Source of the DNA: Cenococcum geophilum
Lineage: Eukaryota
Direction of reading: 5' to 3'
DNA length: 64,000 bases
Assembly (NCBI GenBank): GCA_050273025.1
Contig: CP158635.1
Span: forward strand, 27,962,001 to 28,026,000
Shown one piece after another: positions 12,332-25,938 of this stretch (positions are counted from its first letter, which is position 1; each line of letters opens with the position of its first letter). The position numbers and the translations under genes were made by a program. The notes under the pieces are model-generated. The model was not told the origin of the DNA. It made no database searches and worked only from the letters and a program-made list of their open reading frames with translations.

Positions 12332-13100
12332 AAGTCCGCTTAAGGTATATATTGGTATTATTAAAGCCTAAGGACTTCTTTACCGTTTCTAACGTTTCTA
12401 GATTAAAAGTTATAGAATAGGTAAACCACGGAACCGAGTTTCTAATTAGATTGCGTATATAGCGTAGCTGCATATAATTAGGGCAAAACTTCTTACCTTA
12501 TTATATAATAAGATAAGCTTTATTAATAATAACTAAGGCTAATTGCTTCTTAAACTTAGGGTCTTTAAGCAGATCTTAGAAAGATAGTGTACTAGTAAGC
12601 TTAGGACTAATAAAGATATAGATATATAGGCCGGCTTTTACATTCTTAAGCGCTTTATCTATATCCTTAACGTTGGCGTTAAGGAGTAGCGTATTACCGC
12701 TAATCTAATTAACCTTTTAAACTTGCTCTTTTGCAATCTCGTTTAGAGGAAGAAATACTAGTAATATAGTATTTTTATAAAGGATTAAAATTACTTATAT
12801 AATAAGGCTTTTACTAAAGCTAGTTTGTGCAATAAGGATAATATTAATGCGATTATAGATTAGCCTCCGAATATAGGTTACCTACTTATTTTTTATATGG
12901 AATTTATTATTATATAGCAGTAATATAGTATCCTAAATTACGTTATCTCGTGCTTAAGTCGTTATATTAGGTTTCTTCCTATCTTAGATTTTTCTCTAGG
13001 CTCTAGCTACCCACATTTTTAGTATATCCTAACTAGCCAAGCTAGTAGAGAGTTAAGGTATATCCTAGCTGGCCAAGCTGGCGGAGAGTTGAGATGTTTA
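12332..13100 (-). pseudogene. RIP-degraded RecQ-family (SF2, DEAH) helicase, N-terminal motifs, cut by Gypsy copy B
   Basis: Minus-strand translation: ILIAQTSFSKS (Walker A, ~12806-12840), LPLNEIAKEQ (motif Ia), IFISPK, VIINKAY (from VIDEAH), *GKKFCPNY (from WG.xFRPxY), WFTYSIT (from SAT). Upstream limit uncertain and may reach ~13690. Confidence 0.8.
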
Positions 13101-13899
13101 TAGGTCTATCTACTATAACTAAGGAGCTTTACTATTTGCTACTAGTAAAACACCTTACTATTAGAGTGTTACTTTTTAAAGACGTCTACTATACTAATAG
13201 TATTATCCACTACCTCGTTAGCAGTACGAGGACAGTCGCGTACTGTACTAGGCGCATTTCCAACTTTTAGCCTTCTTATTAAGGCCTTTAAGCGTTTCTT
13301 TATACTAAACAGCGCTATATAGCTTATTGGTAAATATAAAGTCGTTAGGGGGTTTATAGGTTAATATTTAAGTAATATAGGCAGCGGAGGAGTAATAAAG
13401 CAGGTAATAAGGTATAGAATTAATCTAGATACAATATATTAGCTATTTAGGTGTTTATCTACTATAAATATTAATATAGGAGGTCAAACATTAAGAATTG
13501 GTAATGGTTAATGGTTCTGGCTGAATATTTACTGTTTTAGCGGTAATATTTAGGGCGAAACGTAGCGGTAACCACCAGGCCGTTTATAATAATTTTGGCA
13601 GCGTTAAAATCGCCCTATAAAGCTCTAGAACTTAATATTAGCTAATTGTTTATAAAGACGTTGGTATGTTATTAATTAATAGCTAAAAAAATAGTATAGT
13701 GCGCGAGTTTTGGTGAGGATCATATATAAATTAGCGCGCGGGACTAATAAATTTCCGAACCGTGTAACATGCGGATCGTCGGGGTGCCGACGAAAACCCT
13801 GTCCGAGCTTAAGGATTACTTTACTAAGTCAATTTCAAGCCTTATTTATATATAGATTTTATAAAGGCTTAGGTAATAGAACTAAGTATATTAGTAGCC

Positions 13900-16800
13900 T
13901 ATATACTAAGATTATAAGCCAAAGAGAAGAAGATTATTAGGGCTATCTAACGAGAAGTCTCTAAAGGCCCCAAGGCACTAGTATCCTATATCCGCAATAT
14001 CCGCAAGTTACGTAACCGTAATTTAGGTGATTATATAGGCCTTTAAAAAGAATTGCGAAAATTAATAGCTACCCACGATAGCAGCAATCTCGATTCCGCC
14101 TCTATACTAAAGCTCCCTATACATTATTGTAAGTATATTAAACAGCTCGTACAGCTCTAATAGCGTAGATCTTAATACCTCTAAAGGAATAGGACGAAAC
14201 GGTATAAAGGTGTCGCTTTATTTAAAAGTTAGCAAACTAAATTAAATGGCAAGGTCTTTAGTTAAATCCGTACCAGTATATAATTTCCTAATTAGGGAAA
14301 GTCGATTCTAAGTAGCTGTCTCTACTGTCGCTTAAAATCTCGCTGTCATGCCTGCTTATTCGCACTAGCTATAGGGTTAAACAGCTCCTTATTAAAGCCT
14401 CGTTTAAATATAAGGCCTAAAAGCTTTTTCACCCGCGAGACGCCTATATAAGTAAGCCCTATAGTGCGCTCCTTCCTGCTAATATCTAGCACCGCCCAGT
14501 TAAGCGTAAGTCCCTAGCTTTTATGGATAGTAAGAGCAAATACTAGAATAATAGGAAATTAATGGCGCGAGCAAGTGCCCTTAGAGCCGTCCCATTTATA
14601 AAGGGTAGGAAAGATAGGGACTACTTTCTTACCGTCGCTGCTGGTAAATAGCGTAGGCCCACTATACCGATTAACCGCAACTAGTAGCGCCTATAGGAGG
14701 TCCTTTTTAACGTCCGCACCTTCCTTTTATACTATATCCTTAATTGTACCAGTGGCGCCGTTTACTAAGCCTATATCTACCTAGATATTCTATAGGAGTA
14801 TAACCTTAGCGCCTTAACATACGTATAGCTTTAGTACAGTATCGCACTGTTCTAGAGTAGCCTTAAAGGCGCCTACACTGGTGTTAATAGCGTATATAGG
14901 TAATATCGGTCGTTAGAGGTCTCTTATCCTATTATAGTTATACTTACTAACTACAGCTCTAGTACTATATAGTTAAATTACGTTATTAAAGCTAGCAACC
15001 TTATTAGCAGGAAGGTTCTGCTTACACCTAGTTAAAAGAAGCCTCTAGGTTAATTCGTCTACGGTGTTATTATATAGCTCTATAAGGGTGTTTCTAAATA
15101 CGGCACTCCTAGCGTTATTACTACCCTGCCGTATAACCCGATCTAAAATAGCTGTTTAATCAATTGCCTTATATATAAGTTTTCCTGCATAGGCGAGTTC
15201 CGATACCTTATTAGATAGTTCGCGATATAAGGCCGTCTAGCCCACCGGTAGTAGCTAATAGAAATTACCTATAAGCAAGACGCTTAATCCACCAAAATAT
15301 TTACCCCTGCGCTTAGGAAATATCTGTTAAAGTCGGTAATTAATCTAGCTAAGGTGGATATGCCTAATTATTAATTTCTTATTAAGCACGAGGTAGTGAA
15401 TATTTTGAAACTTCTACTATAGAGGCGTAAGGCTTATAGGCGGCAAATCTTTAAATAGGCGCTGCACCGGCAGCTTTAGCAGATTATATATAGTTTAGCC
15501 ATTTATACCAAAAGCAGCAACACTAGTAGGAGCAGCTCTTACTAATGGCAACGGCTTACTGGCTGTAGCTGCTAATTTACTAAGCGTCCTAAATAGAACC
15601 GCAATAAGGTAAGATTTGCCCGTTCCTGCCTCGCCGTTAATATTCACCCGTAGCGGCTTAGGGGGATAGTAGACTAATAGGACGCGCTTATAGTAATTAA
15701 CTATAGCGTTATAAATAACCTACTGGGCCGATTATAGTGAGGACGGAGTTGCCGCTAGTGGTGGCTAACTTAGTAGGGGTTGTAATCGTACTTCCTGCCA
15801 ATAGGTCCTCTTATTAAGCTGCGGCCAGGTGCCCTAGTAGGTACTCTAATTATAGTTACAATTAAGCTCTCTATCGCTAAGGTTATCGGGATCCTTAATT
15901 TTAATCGCGTACTTATTCTAGGTGTGAGCAGTAAGGGCCTTAAAGGATTAGTAGAGCTCTATATTATCCATCTTGCGATCCTTAAACTTATTAACGTTAT
16001 CTATAGCCTCCCAGGCGTCTTCCAGATCCTTACTATATAGATAGTTAGGCATATACTAATAAAATTGCTCGTATATCTTATAGGTTGCTATATAATCAGG
16101 AGCTCCAAACTAGTTAATAACAGTAGCTATATCTTCGCACTCCCTCTACGGGTAATACAGCAGCAGTTTAATACGGTAGTAGTTGCTATACTACGGGTTT
16201 AAACGGTTGGATTTATAACGTAGAAAGTACAATATAACGCGCGGCCGCGCCCTTGGGCAATATGTATATTTATTATGGTTATAATAGAGTATAAAATTAA
16301 GGAAGGTGACGTCCTCTACATCTACTGGCCGCAGCCTATACTTCTTATAAAGGGAGCGGCCACTCTACTTTATCTGCCCTTTGTTAAATTTATAAATAAC
16401 GCTTTACTTAGCCTCCTAGCGGCAATCTAAAGCTACTACCTACCTAGAACCCTAACTTAGGGGGAGGTTAAGAAGGAGGTGATAGACTTCCTATGCCGAC
16501 TAATCTCGCTTACTAATTAACTTGTTTATAAACTTGGCGACAATAAAGCTAAAAGCATACAGCTCGTTTACGTGCGGAGTTACTATTTTAAGTAACTCCT
16601 TATAGAAAGTCGACTTCTTCTTCTCCTTACTGTAGTATTTGCTAATATAGTTAATAATTACGGCTATGCTGGTAGCCGGCGAAATATCTAAATTGGCCAT
16701 CCACCTAAGTATTATTGCGGCGTTGTAGTTATTAAGGAGCTCGTCGTTCCGCTATAAGTAGAACGTCTAGTGCTTTAGGTTCTAATCCCTTATAACCTCC

Positions 16801-19270
16801 GCCTCCTAACGTATACGTTATAGAAAGTAGAACCAGCAGTTAACATTATTAGAGCTTTTCTTCGCCCTTAAGTAGTAAGATTTGGTACATTAATAGTGGC
16901 GCTAAAAACGGTTTAGGTAGGCTGTAAGGCACTAAATAGTATTAAGCTGTTCTTCGTAGCTAAGAGCAGAAGGATAGTGGATATCAGGACGCCTGTGCTG
17001 ATTAGGATTTAACGCAGTTATAAAAGTAGCCTAGTACTTAGTAAATACCTTCCTTAATTTACACGTTAACGGGTTTAGTTTAGGCGCTATAGAACTCTAT
17101 AAGAAACCGTATATATAGCCACTACTACGTAGTTGCCACTTAAAATAATACTAAAAGTTGTTAGAGTTAAACACGCCTATAAGCACGTTCTCCCTAAAAA
17201 GCTTAAAACGTCGGTAGAGCTAGTAAGCAGTAATGTAAGGATTTTCGGTAAGGTTTTAAGCGGCGATCCTGTGCCTCTGGGCCTCCTTAGCGTCCTTATA
17301 TTTATTAAATTAAGGTATATAAGACTATAGATTATACCAATATAAGTTAGTAGCGCTAAGGGTGAAGAATAGGGAGCCCTTATTAATATTTTCGGCGTAT
17401 ATAGTAAGCTTATTCCGCTTTTAATTCTAGTAAGGTCTAGTGCCTTATAGCCTCTAAGTATAGCGCATAAGCTTATTTAGGAACTACTCGCCTTAATTAC
17501 CCTTAATTAACTCTTTAAGCTTATCTAAAGATAAGCCCCTTTTATTAGATCGACTATATAGGAAGCGCATAGCGTTTAAAGCCTGCTCCCTTATAATGCG
17601 GTTAAATAGGTAGTATTAAAATTGAAAGTGGCGCCCAAACCGGCCGTCTTTATATTTGAGCATATGCTTAGCAAAGGCAGCAAGGTTAACTAAATAACTT
17701 CGTGGTAGATTAAAGTTAGCTCTACCTATAGGAAATAGAGTAGGGAAAGTACCGCTTATTATAAAAGAAGCTGCTCGCTTACTAATAGGCATGGTATATA
17801 TAGTAGGAAGTTTAACGCCGTTCTGCTAATCCTGCTGCTACTTAATCTTACGCACTAGAAGCTCTAATTCACTAGTATTAGGCAGAAGGTCCGGCATAAC
17901 GCTATCCTAAATATTATTATTAAAATCGTGCTTAGGAGGCTTGGTAAGTGTAGGGTTACGTAAATAAGGCGTAGGATTTAGTGTAGAAGGATTAACAGCT
18001 AATTTATTAATATAGCGCAGTTAATCTAATATAGAGTCGTTTTTGGGTAAGGAGGCAAGTTGCTGCTTAACTATTTCGACGTTGGCGTATATAGGGTAGT
18101 TATTCCTAAGGAAACAAAGCCACACCTCTATAGCAGAGCGCCTTACAGTAAATCTCTTATAGAACCGCCTATATAACTAATAATCGCTCTTACTGGCGGT
18201 AGGCCTAATAATTAGTATATTAAGCTCTGTAGGTAGTAGCGGCAGCTACCTCCACGTCTTTAGTATATTTTGGCCGAAATAGACGACATGCCTAGTATAT
18301 TAATACTACTGCCCGCATACCCGCGCCACCTGTAGGTGAACGTGTATACGAGCAATTATTATTTCCTTAACCTTAGTAAGCGTAGGCAGGTGTTTAGGCA
18401 TAGCGCCTAAATCTATATTATTCGCGTTACTAAATAAGAAAGGTTTACTTAGATATTAAAGGTTTTTGGCGTCCCTTACGCAGGCTTTACATACACCAAT
18501 ATTATTACCCTACGTGGCCAGGTATATTTAAAACCACCATTTATTATAGCGACTGTACGTTTTCATAGCTTCCTACTACAGCTTCTTCCTAAACGTCTTA
18601 ATTCGCTCCCAATTAAATACTAAAACGGGTAGTGGTGGTTCGGTAGGTGCATCGGCAGGTGTTTCTATAGGAGCTGCGCTCTGCGAGGAAGGAGGTATAG
18701 GTGTAAGATTTGGTAGTAGAGCTGGCGCTGGTTGCTTAGAAGTATAGAGAGGTAGTATTTATAAATACGATACGCCCTGCCGATCAAGCAGACGGTGCCC
18801 TCGCTGTATAGCGTGTATTTGCTTGCGGCGCTGCGCGATTTCAGGTATATCCTGGCTATTCTGGCCACGCAGTAAGTACGCGTTTTTAGTATTGTTTTTT
18901 ACAGCGATAACGCGCTAGATCTTAGTAGGACGATAGCAAGTATTAGGATTAAGCCCACTAAGAGCCTTCCGCTTATTTAATTGATATTTAGAGGACTAGA
19001 AAGATTAGCGTATATATAAACACCTAGGGCAATAAAACGCGCCTTAATTCGACATGCCCGACATAACCGCAAAAGCGTCTTTTTTAGGCCATCCTTGATA
19101 AAATCGTCATGTGTCTTTGTCTTGCCGCACTGCGAATACTTTATTAGAGATATATCAGCCATAGATAAGCTGTAGAAAGTAGAGTAGAAAGAGGTATTAT
19201 GAAAAGTAAGGCTTTATTAACGTTCATTAGGGGTTTAATGTTCGTCACGTGTAGTTAGCTAGGCCTATTT
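13900..19270 (-). mobile_element. Helitron-like element (HUH Rep plus PIF1 helicase), RIP-inactivated; ends approximate
   Basis: Minus strand: Cys-pair N-terminus MADISLIK..C..CRAC (19162), FFTLSATNLYW (~17360), HUH motif FKWQLRSSGYIYGFL (from EWQxRGxxHxH, ~17105-17145), WMANLDISP...YISKY (16630-16703), PIF1 Walker A GEAGTGKS (~15612-15636), FPIILVFALTIHKS*GLTL (~14500-14560). Confidence 0.9.
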
Positions 19271-19907
19271 AGGTATTCTGCCAGCGCTAAACCTACCGCT
19301 TAACTTTTTCTAACCAATTAAAAGCTGGCTTGGCAAGGTTTGAAATCTTTGAACTGGAAGTATAGTCCTCGCAAGCTCGGACAACCAGACAATAATAATA
19401 TAAGCTGATGTCACACGGGAATGCAGGTGTATGGTGGTGTGAGGACTCCATAAGGTGGAGTAGTCTCGAAGGATGAGAATATATACAACAGGCGAAAGCA
19501 ATCACGTGATCTCAGGAAGCTCCTGTGGATGTCCACGTACCCCCCCTACCAACAGCTGATTAACCTGTTATGTAAGCAGCTTATGATTGGATTATCGTCT
19601 GGGACCGAGATAAGCAATAATATCCCTTACAGCGTCTTTCTAAGCGTGCTAATCCGTTAGAGACTAACCCCATTTAACCTAGTAAAACAGACGGCGTTCT
19701 CCAAATGATCAGCGGCGCTAATAAGGCACTTACAGCGAGATGCGCCAGGGTGGTATATAATAGACGGCGTTAAAGGGCTAGCGCGCAATTTCTCCGCGTC
19801 TGATTTATGAGATACCGCCAAGAAAATTAATCACGTGACTCACCGCTGTCGCGAATAACAACACCTTAAGCCCATACGTGAACATGTCGTCGAACCTATC
19901 TTTAATC

Positions 19908-21029
19908 ATGGATATCAAGTCTCTTATAAACCCAACACCCTCTTCGCGCCTTCCAACGCCACCTTCATCCATTCCAAAGACTATTCGCAAGCGCAAGCGC
20001 CACGACCCCATCCCAGCCTGGGCCGTCCGAGAAGACACCTCCCGCCGGGAGGTAGTTCCCCATGTTCAACCCCAAGTTGCAGCCCAAGCTCAACCCCCGG
20101 CTCAACTCCAAGCTCAACCCCAAACCCGAGCTGATTGGGAACCTTCTATCACCAACGACAAACCATACGATGAAATCACTCGCCTTGTATGCGACTTCTT
20201 ATGGGAGAATGTCGTGAACAATGAGATGCTGCGGCAGGCTGTCGCCGAAGGTCAAGGTACTCAGGTGGAGATTGAAGCCAAATGGGGACAGATTCTGGAT
20301 AGGGTTACAAAGGACCGCATCGCCGGAATACATGAGTCCGAGTGCGTTGTCCGAAGTGGCGATTTGGAGAACACCAAGTTTGAGAGCACCATGTCGGAAG
20401 AGCAACACAAGAGGATGAATATTTTCCTCAACGGCTGTGTTGTTAGAGCGAAGTCGAATGCTGCTGTCGCACCAAAAGCCAGCCGCGCTCCCCTGGACTA
20501 TAAACACGTTAGACGGACAGACTCCTTCTATGAGCTGAATCAGGCCGGCTTTGACTTGCTTGCGCCTACAACCAGAGCCATCCTTCAATCGCCATCCAGA
20601 CAAAAAGTCCGCATCACGCGCGATACAAGCACCGGCCAGGTTCTTGAGAAAATCATCAAGCACCGAGTCATCAACTTGGAAATCAGCTCACCTCAAACGG
20701 AATGGGATTACCGGATCAGCGTGAACCTGGAAATCAACTATCCGGGACCCCTGGACGACTTGGTGGAATCAATGGAACGCGGGAGGAGTTACACGCGAAG
20801 GAAGGACCGAATGTGCTATTCGCATCTACAGGCCTATCGAATCGACTTGACCCAAGTTACGAACCCCGAAGGGGAGAAGAACCACGAGCTAGAGATTGAG
20901 TTGGACGCCGCAAAACTCATCGGGGAAGCAGAAAGGATACACCACAATGCCCCGAGCATGTACGAAGAGATCGTTGGAGGCATGGTGAACAATCTTAGAG
21001 TTCTATCGCGAGCCATTCGTCAACACTAA
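19908..21029 (+). CDS. CET1: mRNA-capping RNA 5'-triphosphatase (Cet1, CYTH/triphosphate tunnel fold), intronless
   Basis: Metal-binding motifs VEIEAKWG and HELEIELD, plus KVRITRD, DYRISVNLE, RRKDRMCY and RIDLTQV. PIPAWA resembles the guanylyltransferase-binding motif. Likely start MDIKSLIN at 19908. Confidence 0.88.
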   Translation: MDIKSLINPTPSSRLPTPPSSIPKTIRKRKRHDPIPAWAVREDTSRREVVPHVQPQVAAQAQPPAQLQAQPQTRADWEPSITNDKPYDEITRLVCDFLWENVVNNEMLRQAVAEGQGTQVEIEAKWGQILDRVTKDRIAGIHESECVVRSGDLENTKFESTMSEEQHKRMNIFLNGCVVRAKSNAAVAPKASRAPLDYKHVRRTDSFYELNQAGFDLLAPTTRAILQSPSRQKVRITRDTSTGQVLEKIIKHRVINLEISSPQTEWDYRISVNLEINYPGPLDDLVESMERGRSYTRRKDRMCYSHLQAYRIDLTQVTNPEGEKNHELEIELDAAKLIGEAERIHHNAPSMYEEIVGGMVNNLRVLSRAIRQH

Positions 21030-22074
21030 GGTTTTTTTTATTGTATTATACTTTAGGGATTTCATGGGGTGTCGCAATGGGTTTTAAAGCATAGGGCAAC
21101 ATGTCTGCAATGTACCTGGATGGAGTTTTCGGTTTCTTTTACGAAAAGGCTGCTGGTTATGGGAGATACCCTGAGGACATCTAGCGGCTTTTTGTACTAT
21201 AGTCCCAACGCATAGCCTCGGGCAGGTCAGGGGACAAACGAAGAAGACGGACTTTTAATACATTTTATGGAGCATGAAGCGATCTAGTTGCGGAGGTGCG
21301 GTGTTGAGAAATAGTCGCATGCGCGGAGCGAGACTTCTTGTGACTTCCCCTCTCGTGGTTATACAGCACTCGCCACTAGACTAACAGGTGAGCGAATAGT
21401 TGATACAGATTCAAAAAGTGAGGCTGGACGGGAGCTAGTTCGGCCAGCGAATGCATCACCCAAATGTTGCAAGGCCCACAAGCATGTCCTTGGACAGCCA
21501 GTCGGTTTGCTGCAGCTTTAAGCTCGCCTGAGGTAATCCCAGCGGTGCCAGATATGGCGATACCTTGACAATGTTGCCAAATTCAGAAAGAGTGTTGACA
21601 GCTTTCGAGGCAACCACTAGGGTTAATATAAGTGCAGACAGATTCGACAACATTCGCCAGCCTTAGTGAAGCTAACTGTTTATGAAACAGAGGCGGTGCT
21701 GATGTGCTTCCCCCCGGTCACATGTCGGTCTTGGCTCGGCGTTTGGGGAACTGAGCTCATCGCGTGTTGACGACTTGCCCTGAGTCCTACAGCTCCGAAT
21801 CACCAACATCGGCTCATCGCCATCTCCATCTCCTGCACACCTTTTTTCTTGACTTTCCTTCATCGCGCGAGGTTCGCCCAGTCCACTCGCCCCCGACTCC
21901 CCGATTTATCATCCGGACCTATCCCGATCTTAGCAAGCCCGCTGTCAGGCGCCACGTTACGAGCACCAGCTCCATCTGCTTCCATCAACAGCCGTTTCCT
22001 TCAACTTCTTTCTTCATCTCGCAATAGCATACCTTTCAACATACACGCCTGCATCTTCCAAAAACCTCATCGGA

Positions 22075-25000
22075 ATGGTTGGCCTCACATCCGCCGCCGG
22101 GGTGGTCGGCTTCCTTTCAGAACCTGACCCTTCCCTGCGGTCTTTTGCCCTGCATCGTTTGAACGAAAACATCGACTTATTATGGCCGGAAGTTGCTGGT
22201 TCAGTCAGTCAAATGTATGATAACACCTATCTCTCCTTTTCAACCCGTTCCTTGCCAGTTCTACGCTGTCTGCCTGAAAACCCGGTGGAAGCCAGATGAA
22301 AGGGACAAGGGGCTTTTCAGAGTCTGGTGTTTCCGAGACTGTACTGATGCTTTTCTTCGCATAGTGAGGCTCTATATGAGGATGACTCGTTCCCAGAACG
22401 CGAGCTTGCCGCTCTAGTCGCAGCGAAAGTCTACTACCAGTTACAGGAGTACAACGAGAGCATGATCTTTGCGCTTGGAGCTGGCAAGCTCTTCGATTTA
22501 CATCATCCAGGAGAGTTTGAAGAAACTATTCTTGGTAAGTCTTCGAGATCTGAACACAATCAAAGACTCCCGGAGGGAGTTGACGCCGCAAACGTCATCG
22601 TCGGAGGGTAGAAAATGAGCCTCACCAATTTGTCGCGAGACTCAAGGAAAAAGTCGCTGACACTCGTTCTTTTGTAGCAAAATGTCTAGATACATATATT
22701 GCTCTTTCTGCTATGCACAACCCTCCAACGCCAGCAAGTACTGCAAACCAACCACCGCCTCAACTCACAACGTCATTTTCAACCAGCGTAAATGGAGTTG
22801 CCAGCACATCAGCGAGCATGACATCACCAACAACGCCGTTCTCCCAGTCAACTCTACCTTCCAAGTCACTCCTTTCGCGACAAGATTCTTCTACTTTCGA
22901 TCCCTCTATTCCCGGTGGTGGTAATGCGGGCGTGGTCGGCGCACATCCATCACCTTTAGCATTACAGAGAAGCGTACAGAAGAACCTACAAGCCATTATT
23001 AGGCGAATTTTTGAGAGCTGTTACGAAGTTGGAGCTTATCGGCAAGTTGTAGGTATTGCCATTGAAGCCCGAAATCTCGAAGTGCTTCGGGAAGCTTTCC
23101 TTCGAGCAAGTCAAGATGAAAAGAAACAGGGCAAAAAGGCCACAAGTGGTGCACCCAGCAAGAGTGAAGAGCTCATGGAGTATGTGCTAGACATTTGCAT
23201 GAATGTAGTCCAGGAACGGGGACTCAGAAATGAGGTATTGTCTCAGAGCTCCATTCAAGAATGAGCTATACTAATTGTTGTTTAGATACTTCGGCTCATT
23301 CTCGACTTGCTCAACGATATTCCTAACCCAGATTACTTTTCAATAGCGAAATGCGTTGTTTACCTCAACCAACACTCTATGGCCTCTAACCTTCTGCGCC
23401 AGCTAGTCCAACGAGGGGATGGCCGATCACTCGCCATTGCATATCAAACCTCGTTTGACCTATACGAGAATGGGACTCAGGAGTTTTTGTCGAAGGTGAT
23501 GGAAGAGCTCCCTGAGACAGAGGAGGAGGATCAAGAGGGCAAACCAACGGCGAATGGGGACATATCGCACCAACCTCGTGCCGAAGATGCCCGGGAGACA
23601 GATGGATTGCTCTCAGATGTAGACAACCACAATGGGGCACCAACAATATCCACAGTGGTGTCGCGGACAAAGCAGAAGCCGCTAACGGAGGAAGAGCGCA
23701 AGGCATTCACTTCCGTTCGTCATATTCTCCGAGGCACCAAGAGTATCGAGCTCAACCTTGAGTTTCTTTACCGAAATAACCATGCAGACCGCAATATTTT
23801 GAACAAGATCAGGGACAGCTTGGAGGCGAGAAATTCAATATTTCACACTGGAGTAACATTTGCCAATGCTTTCATGAACTCCGGAACTACGAATGACAGC
23901 TTCTTCAGAGAAAACCTGGAGTGGCTTGGGAAAGCTGTAAATTGGTCGAAGTTCACAGCAACAGCAGCCCTGGGAGTTATCCACAGGGGTAACATTACCC
24001 AAGGCCAGAAGCTCCTGGAGCCATACCTTCCCAAAGAGACTAACGTTGCTGGATCCCATTATAGCCAAGGCGGTTCCCTGTACGCTCTCGGCATGATATA
24101 CTGCAATCATGGCACTCACGTTCTGGACTATCTACTACAACAGTTCCAGAATGCGTCGGAAGAGGTGGTTCAACATGGCGGAGCTCTTGGCCTTGGTGTT
24201 GCTGGTATGGCAACTGGCTCGGAAGACATCTTTGATGCATTCAAGAGTGTCCTGTACACCGACTCAGCCATCAACGGTGAAGCCGTGGGATTGTCCATGG
24301 GCCTCGTCATGTTAGGCACTGGAAATATCAAGGCCCTGGAAGATATGATCCAGTATGCTCACGACACTCAGCATGAAAAGATTGTGCGTGGCCTTGCCAT
24401 GGGTATGGCGCTCATCATGTACGCTCGTCAAGAGGCAGCAGATGAGCTCATCAACGGTTTACTAGAAGATCCCGATCCTACGCTAAGGTATGGTGGTATT
24501 ATGACCATCGCACTAGCATACTGCGGAACCGGGAGCAACAAAGCAGTCCGAAGACTTCTCCACATCGCTGTGAGCGATGTCAATGATGACGTTCGCAGAG
24601 TGGCTGTGATGAGTTTAGGATTCGTTCTGTTCAGGAAGCCAGGCAGCGTGCCTCGCATGGTTGAGCTCCTTGCTGAGTCTTATAATCCCCACGTCAGGTA
24701 TGGTGCCACCATGGCCCTTGGTATCGCTTGTGCAGGCACTGGCCTTGATGAGGCCATCGATCTACTGGAGCCCATGATGAAAGACTCGACCGATTTCGTT
24801 CGACAGGGTGCGTTGATATCACTTTCGATGATTATGGTTCAGCAGAACGAGGCAATGAATCCAAAGGTTGGAACTATCCGAAAGACCCTGCAAAAAATCA
24901 TTGGAGACCGCCATGAGGATGCCATTGCCAAATTTGGCTGCGCTCTCGCCCTTGGAATCATTGATGCAGGCGGTCGCAACTGCACGATTGGGCTTCAGAC

Positions 25001-25938
25001 GCAAACTGGTAACCTTAACATGACGGCAATCGTCGGTATGGCTGTGTTCACACAGTACTGGTATTGGTTCCCTCTTACGCATTTCTTGTCACTAAGTTTC
25101 ACACCCACGGCCATTATTGGAGTTGATCAAGATCTAGAAATCCCGTCTTTCAAACTTCACAGTAACACACGACCAAGCATGTTCGACTACCCACCGGAGC
25201 AAGAGATAAAAGCGGAAGAGGCTCCGGAAAAAGTTAAGACTGCGGTTCTTTCCACAACAGCTCAAGCCAAGCGTCGAAAACTGGTCAAGGCTCGGCAGCA
25301 ACGACGTGAAAGTATGGACATTGATCAAACGCCTACCACACCCAAAATCTCTTCAGCTGATGAAGATAAGATGGATACAGATGAGGATCAGACTAAGCAA
25401 AAGGATGAGAAATCGGGTGCGGAGAAGTCGGAGGGTGAGAAGGAGGGCACACCATCTGCCGAGTCTTCAAAGAAGAAGATCGAGAAAGAGAAGGTTGGCT
25501 ACGATTTAGAGAATATGTCTCGTGTTCTCCCCACTCAGGTTAAATACATTAGCTTCCCCGAGGAGCGATATGTACCTGTCAAGATGGTGAGCTTCATTGC
25601 CATTCAACTCGTAGCACAGTTTAGCTAACATATTCTAGCCAACTGGCGGTGTGATTCTGTTGATAGATGCTCAACCTTCGGAGCCAAAAACTCTTCTCGA
25701 GCTGAAAGTTAGGAAGACAGCACCTGCACCAGCACCTGGAGCACCTGGACAGTCTCTTGCAGACCGGGTCACGGATGCCTATGCCGAGAGAGATGCACAA
25801 GCCGCAGGCGCAGCAACAGGCGGGGCGGCCGAAGCTGCGGGTGTTCTGAACGCCGTAGACGAAGATGAAGAGGGAAGTGAGGAGGCAGACGTGCCGAGAG
25901 ACTTTGATTATATGACGGATGGGGAGGGGGATGAATGA
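22075..25938 (+). CDS. RPN2: 26S proteasome regulatory subunit Rpn2, 5 exons (22075-22214, 22365-22534, 22678-23234, 23286-25586, 25639-25938)
   Basis: MVGLTSAAG start, PC repeats (WSKFTATAALGVIH, SDVNDDVRR, DAGGRN), AVLSTTA and ENMSRVLP; GT-AG introns join the frames. Confidence 0.97.

Noticed and set aside
13970..14020. CTAG plus GTTACGTAAC palindrome as the Helitron 3' end
   Set aside because: Short and ambiguous after RIP; cannot be fixed without other copies.
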